Shown here: positions 21,201-24,000 of the stretch, piece by piece | Numbering within the stretch: the first letter of the stretch is position 1 | How the letters are laid out: each line of letters opens with the position of its first letter | Notes under the pieces: model-generated | What the model was told of the DNA's origin: nothing | Seen by the model: only the letters and a program-made list of their open reading frames with translations | Database searches by the model: none | Position numbers and translations under genes: made by a program | NCBI GenBank assembly: GCA_030432295.1 | Contig: JAUIHI010000004.1 | Coordinates: 185,706-209,705, forward strand | DNA from: Anaerolineae bacterium | Lineage (GTDB): Bacteria > Chloroflexota > Anaerolineae > Caldilineales > Caldilineaceae | Direction: 5' to 3' | Length of the DNA stretch: 24,000 nucleotides

Positions 21201-24000
21201 TGGTCTGGGTCTGGGTCTGGTATCTCTCTTGCAGCGAATTGCCCGTTGCCAGGGCGTGGTAGGCAGCGCTCTCTCGCCCCAGCACAACGAGCATCAACAC
21301 GACCACAGCGCAGACGGACAGAGCCACGCCAACGCGCACTACACGGGGATAGAGGAGCACGCTGCTCTCCCTGGCCTGCCAGAGGAAAAAGGCCGCGGCC
21401 AACCCCAAAGCGAGGGTAAGGACGGGCAGGACAAGATTGACGCCGGTGATCAGCGGGCGGAAACGGGCCAACAACTGGACGACCAGCAGCAGCCCAGCCA
21501 ATGCGAGCACCCACCAAGCCCGTTGGCTGGTGGGGTTCTGGAAACGGGCCAGGCGCAGAGGGCGCAGCACAAACCAGTAGAGGGGAGCGGGCAAGAGGGT
21601 CAGGAAGAGATAGGGGTACAGATCAATCGGACGATAAGCGCTGCCGACGATAAAAAGGTTGAGGAAATCCATCCGCCCCCGGACTGCTATTGCCAGGAGG
21701 ACGAAGATCAACAGCCCGGCCAAATAGAGCCAGAGACTCGTGCTGCGGCCCAGCCAGTAGTCTGCATTCACAAGACGCACGCTGGACGACATACGTGTGC
21801 GCAGATGGGCATTGAGACTTGCATACCAGTTTGTGTTGCCATCCACCATAGCCGGGGTGTGGGGTGTGAGCAGCGTAAAAGTGGAGAAGTTGGGGATGGG
21901 TAGAGAGAGAACGCCCAGATTGGCCGAAACCAGCCCGTCAATCTCGGCCAGGGGCAACACCCGCTGGGAACTGCCCGATCCGAAGCGAAGTTCCTGATCG
22001 TCAATCTCGATTTCGAACGTGCTGACATAGCGCTCAATCAGCCAGAGCGGGGTGACGGCAATGAGCAGCAGCCCCAACAGCAGGGAAAAGAGCAGGTACA
22101 AGCCCAGGGCAATCAGACCACCCCACACCCACGCCCGGCCAGAGGAAACATCAACCGTCATCTGGTGGACGGCACTGCGCAGAGCGACGTCATCAAGACG
22201 AGGAAGGGCAAAACCACTGCCGCCATACTTTACATCAATCGTAAAGCCGATGGCTGGCTTCAATTCATAGACTGGATCGATCTGGATGACCAGCAGCGGC
22301 ACGGCAAAAAGAAGGAAGGCCAACAACACAAAAAGGAGGATTTGGGAGAGGCGCCAGAGCGGGTGGCAATAGGCTACGGAATAGTGACGGCGGGGCAGGC
22401 TGGAAATGATTGTATCGATCCGGGGTTGGATGTTCGCGGGCGTCTCCGCCTGGGCGCGCAGACTTGCCAGCCGCTCCACCAGCCCGGTCGCGGCCTCCCA
22501 CTCCTCCCGCCGCTGATACTCGGCCACACTGTCGGCGAACTGCTGAAGGGACTCTTCGCGCTGGCCCAAAGTCCAATAGGCATCGGCCAGCAGAGAACGG
22601 GTGCGCACCGCCAGATCGAAATCTTCAAAATGCACGAGTACGGGAAGGGCGCGGTTGATCTCATCCACCGCCTGCTCCGGCCGCTTGCGCAACAGTTCGG
22701 CCCTGGCCCTGGCTACACGCAACACTGCCCGCGGGTAGATTCCTAGCTCCGCGCCGGCCCCGGCTTCCAACAGATCAATCGTCTCGATAGCTGCTTCGGC
22801 ATCCCCCAAAGTCAGGTAGACCTCCGCCAGCTTGCGGCTCAACGAAAGCCGTTCGGCCCTCTGTTCGCTGCCAGTCAGAGTCTGGTCGGCCTGGCGATAG
22901 AAGCGAACGCCCAGGGCGTAGAGCCGGGTGACCATCCAGTCCATGCCATACAAACTCTCCCCCAGGGCCGTGCGCCAGACCCGCTGCCCCAGGGCAAAGG
23001 AGAGGTAGAGAACCCGAGGTAGGGAGAGCAAAAAAAGAATCGTCCCACGCAGCCGCTGCCACCAATGGGGCGCGTCGGGCAAGTGCTGGGCAGGGGTGCG
23101 CAGAGAATCGGCAAAGGCCACGTGGGCATCGCCCAGGGCTGTCAGCAGCGCGCCCCGCTCTGCCGCCATGTCGGCCACGGCGAAGGAGCCTTTGCCCGCC
23201 TGCTCAAGCCGGTGCAGCCCCCCGTTGAATTCGTTGATGGCGTCCACATATTGCTCGTTGTGGAGCAGGCCATAGCCGCGCAGGCGGGCCACAAAGGGAA
23301 AGATGCCCGGCGGGAGATCCTGGGCGAAACGTAGCCCGCGCAACTCCTCGCCGCGCGCATCCCAGCGACCGCGCAACTGATCCAATTGAATACTGAGCGC
23401 GGTGAGCAACTGCCCCAGGCCGGACGAGGACCCGTCGCCGCCGTTGCCAGGGGATGGGGGCAGCAGGGCCAGCAATGCATGGGCTTCTCTGGCCGCGGAC
23501 AAGAGCCGATCCCCCGCGGCAAAAAAACGGTTTTCCACATAGACGCGGAAGTAGGCGATCAGATCCCCGACGCCCGCCTCGAAATCCACAAAGAGGCGAT
23601 GGTAGACGAGTACCTGTTGCTGGGCAAAGCTATTGGGGTCGGGGTTGGCCTGCCAGAAGGTCAGGCTGTGGGTATGGGCCGCACGAAAGCTGTCAGGCTC
23701 CCGGGCAATCCAATCTTCCAGAATTACCTGCCGCTGGCGAGCGGAAACCGCAATGCCCGGCTGGGTGTGGTTGACGGGGTCAACAGTCTGACTGACAAAA
23801 GGATAGGCTTCCAACCTTTCAATCAGCCCCTCTTCCCGTCTATCTGTGCGATTGCGCAGGGCCGCAAAGAGGGGTACAGGACACCAGAGCGGGAGCGCGG
23901 CCAAACGGAAGGCCTCTGCCATCAAGGGGTGTACGTCCTGCAAAATACCCTTGACCAGAACTTCCACCTGGTGTTGGTAGGAATACGCGGCTTCGCTCAT
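18292..24000 (-). CDS. giant (1,902 aa) TPR-like / 7-TM / TPR-like membrane protein of unknown function
   Basis: Uninterrupted 5,709-nt ORF. Residues 1-540 are a helical, TPR-like region. Residues about 551-908 contain seven hydrophobic helices, for example LSQILLFVLLAFLLFAVPLLVIQ, WGGLIALGLYLLFSLLLGLLLIAV, LWLYLAGLLIFVLLAIAV, AWWVLALAGLLLVVQLLA, LVLPVLTLALGLAAAFFLW and VGVALSVCAVVVLMLVVLG. Residues about 960-1750 are repeated TPR-like helices. Residues about 1760-1902 form a non-helical C-terminal module. The ATG is the last three bases of the window, so the true 5' end cannot be confirmed. Confidence 0.85.
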   Translation of the reverse strand: MSEAAYSYQHQVEVLVKGILQDVHPLMAEAFRLAALPLWCPVPLFAALRNRTDRREEGLIERLEAYPFVSQTVDPVNHTQPGIAVSARQRQVILEDWIAREPDSFRAAHTHSLTFWQANPDPNSFAQQQVLVYHRLFVDFEAGVGDLIAYFRVYVENRFFAAGDRLLSAAREAHALLALLPPSPGNGGDGSSSGLGQLLTALSIQLDQLRGRWDARGEELRGLRFAQDLPPGIFPFVARLRGYGLLHNEQYVDAINEFNGGLHRLEQAGKGSFAVADMAAERGALLTALGDAHVAFADSLRTPAQHLPDAPHWWQRLRGTILFLLSLPRVLYLSFALGQRVWRTALGESLYGMDWMVTRLYALGVRFYRQADQTLTGSEQRAERLSLSRKLAEVYLTLGDAEAAIETIDLLEAGAGAELGIYPRAVLRVARARAELLRKRPEQAVDEINRALPVLVHFEDFDLAVRTRSLLADAYWTLGQREESLQQFADSVAEYQRREEWEAATGLVERLASLRAQAETPANIQPRIDTIISSLPRRHYSVAYCHPLWRLSQILLFVLLAFLLFAVPLLVIQIDPVYELKPAIGFTIDVKYGGSGFALPRLDDVALRSAVHQMTVDVSSGRAWVWGGLIALGLYLLFSLLLGLLLIAVTPLWLIERYVSTFEIEIDDQELRFGSGSSQRVLPLAEIDGLVSANLGVLSLPIPNFSTFTLLTPHTPAMVDGNTNWYASLNAHLRTRMSSSVRLVNADYWLGRSTSLWLYLAGLLIFVLLAIAVRGRMDFLNLFIVGSAYRPIDLYPYLFLTLLPAPLYWFVLRPLRLARFQNPTSQRAWWVLALAGLLLVVQLLARFRPLITGVNLVLPVLTLALGLAAAFFLWQARESSVLLYPRVVRVGVALSVCAVVVLMLVVLGRESAAYHALATGNSLQERYQTQTQTTDPQGCPSPADDPTGGGLAAYDRAIAARPAGSFSYDWTLTRTVTTLAPDSLTPILAVENKAALLVRLGCYPQALALYKSLDGVSGRPDRLYAQIGALSQAVAAAQGVEQSAQPSDATTQPASGGELDAVGWYSRALADNPDRAELYLWRGLALQTAKRTPEAECDYRRALGLDVADLPACEEGTTAGKDTLTALSLEDEMLARTALGWIKFGEEQDDRALNFFQTAISATADSPQPWIGLGNVYYRMSKYEDAAQAGEKALALEPRNLAALILTSSAHWKLGGVTEDAELCKHYEAAFKYLNTASQVEGQTSAKIAFWYRTEGNLLWLLQSKRCTPDRVATLEESIASYDKAIDLVPDKADYFHMRARLRIALWEVNRNELRRKTPLADWLIPIKEDMESALSIDPTDRGEYKPNAFTRHFLSKFVFSDALIALPQDPERARTLYTLGAELGSRVEGGHRPVQQAAAALDAYIRDNPGVADPRLIVELDGILATAQGFFDKGLAALKAGEVEAARSNFGQGLDAAVEEANPTLAADNLLAAAVATNGVISDSVLASFAQRLPDFTAANDPKNANHAFKLGLMATILEQFDAAGYWFNEGIRRTEADSEQYRFLRAVPEDLRRLWQVRGSTTTPALIDAMQNQLPEQLREHPELEQKGYYWRYRGWFKFHLGRVAFLERDEAGARWALDVAIPDGDKAYELNATEGSSQIQTYLKEGGWGWYYVLRARESEKDGDDQAALSDYEAAVRYYKPVADNEALTEQRNAAFSAAEIAAKSNALDKAVVNYDIGSQLAISTTADAPPIWTALCGVENLARRHAELDLHTIHANLARALSLTYGLDQALYCNQQQIHIGNDEFSSASAWASLYGTCWATTFQVKKRPASLVLHMQIFGAEEKNWIELNDRQVAVVLPQALRSGENIPNYWSESISLPLVIEPLRVGTNHLKICAAFPADGSDQDEFQFRNLWLVAQ

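Noticed and set aside
21199-21220. Hexanucleotide (ggtctg)x3 microsatellite encoding QTQTQT just after the last TM helix
   Set aside because: It is short and probably just a linker. It is too small to argue for phase variation, and a change in unit number would keep the reading frame.
19195-23774. Numerous 60-224-aa ORFs in other frames or strands within the giant gene (for example 21229..21903 and 22165..22746)
   Set aside because: They are embedded in a single uninterrupted 5.7-kb ORF with coherent TM and TPR features, and none has independent support.
1-24000. Search for mobile elements, defence systems, toxin-antitoxin pairs, and tRNA or rRNA genes
   Set aside because: I saw no transposase, integrase or recombinase motifs, no terminal inverted repeats bounding a cassette, no cas or restriction-type signatures, and no cloverleaf-like tRNA sequences in the intergenic regions. 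Absence is judged by eye only.

Overview
High-GC (roughly 60%) bacterial chromosomal window with no rRNA, tRNA, CRISPR, transposase or integrase that I could recognise. The taxon guess is Chloroflexota-like. It rests only on a T-box leader in a high-GC genome plus a GTAGGGGCG...CGCCCCTAC-type palindrome, and is an inference. Gene content from left to right: (1) A minus-strand efflux operon with a HlyD-type adaptor, a MacB/LolD-type ABC ATPase and a second HlyD-type adaptor that is truncated by the left edge. (2) A plus-strand block with a leaderless Cys-type sulfatase, a tightly coupled small 4-TM protein, a secreted 13-14-blade beta-propeller protein carrying a near-perfect in-frame 48-bp tandem repeat, and a DUF1801 protein. 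(3) A convergent 810-aa protein made of two about 400-aa paralogous halves of an uncharacterised, Gfo/Idh/MocA-like but glycine-motif-less fold. (4) Divergent from it, a sugar-type accessory cluster. It encodes a xylose-isomerase-like TIM barrel, a SelA/DgaE-like PLP enzyme, a Gfo/Idh/MocA oxidoreductase and a cysteine hydrolase. Its intergenic regions share a 35-bp ATCCGTGT-containing element. (5) A minus-strand block with a TVP38/DedA-like membrane protein, a CDP-alcohol phosphatidyltransferase and serS. serS is preceded by a canonical T-box riboswitch with an AGC (Ser) specifier, a UGGC discriminator-matching bulge, and its own TTGACA-17-TAGGAT promoter. (6) A 1,902-aa ORF with TPR-like arrays on both sides of a 7-TM core, starting on the last base of the window. 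The most novel-looking items are the giant TPR/7-TM protein, the tandem-duplicated pseudo-dehydrogenase-like protein with its neighbouring cluster, and the shared intergenic element. All functional calls come from reading translated motifs by eye. No database search was possible.
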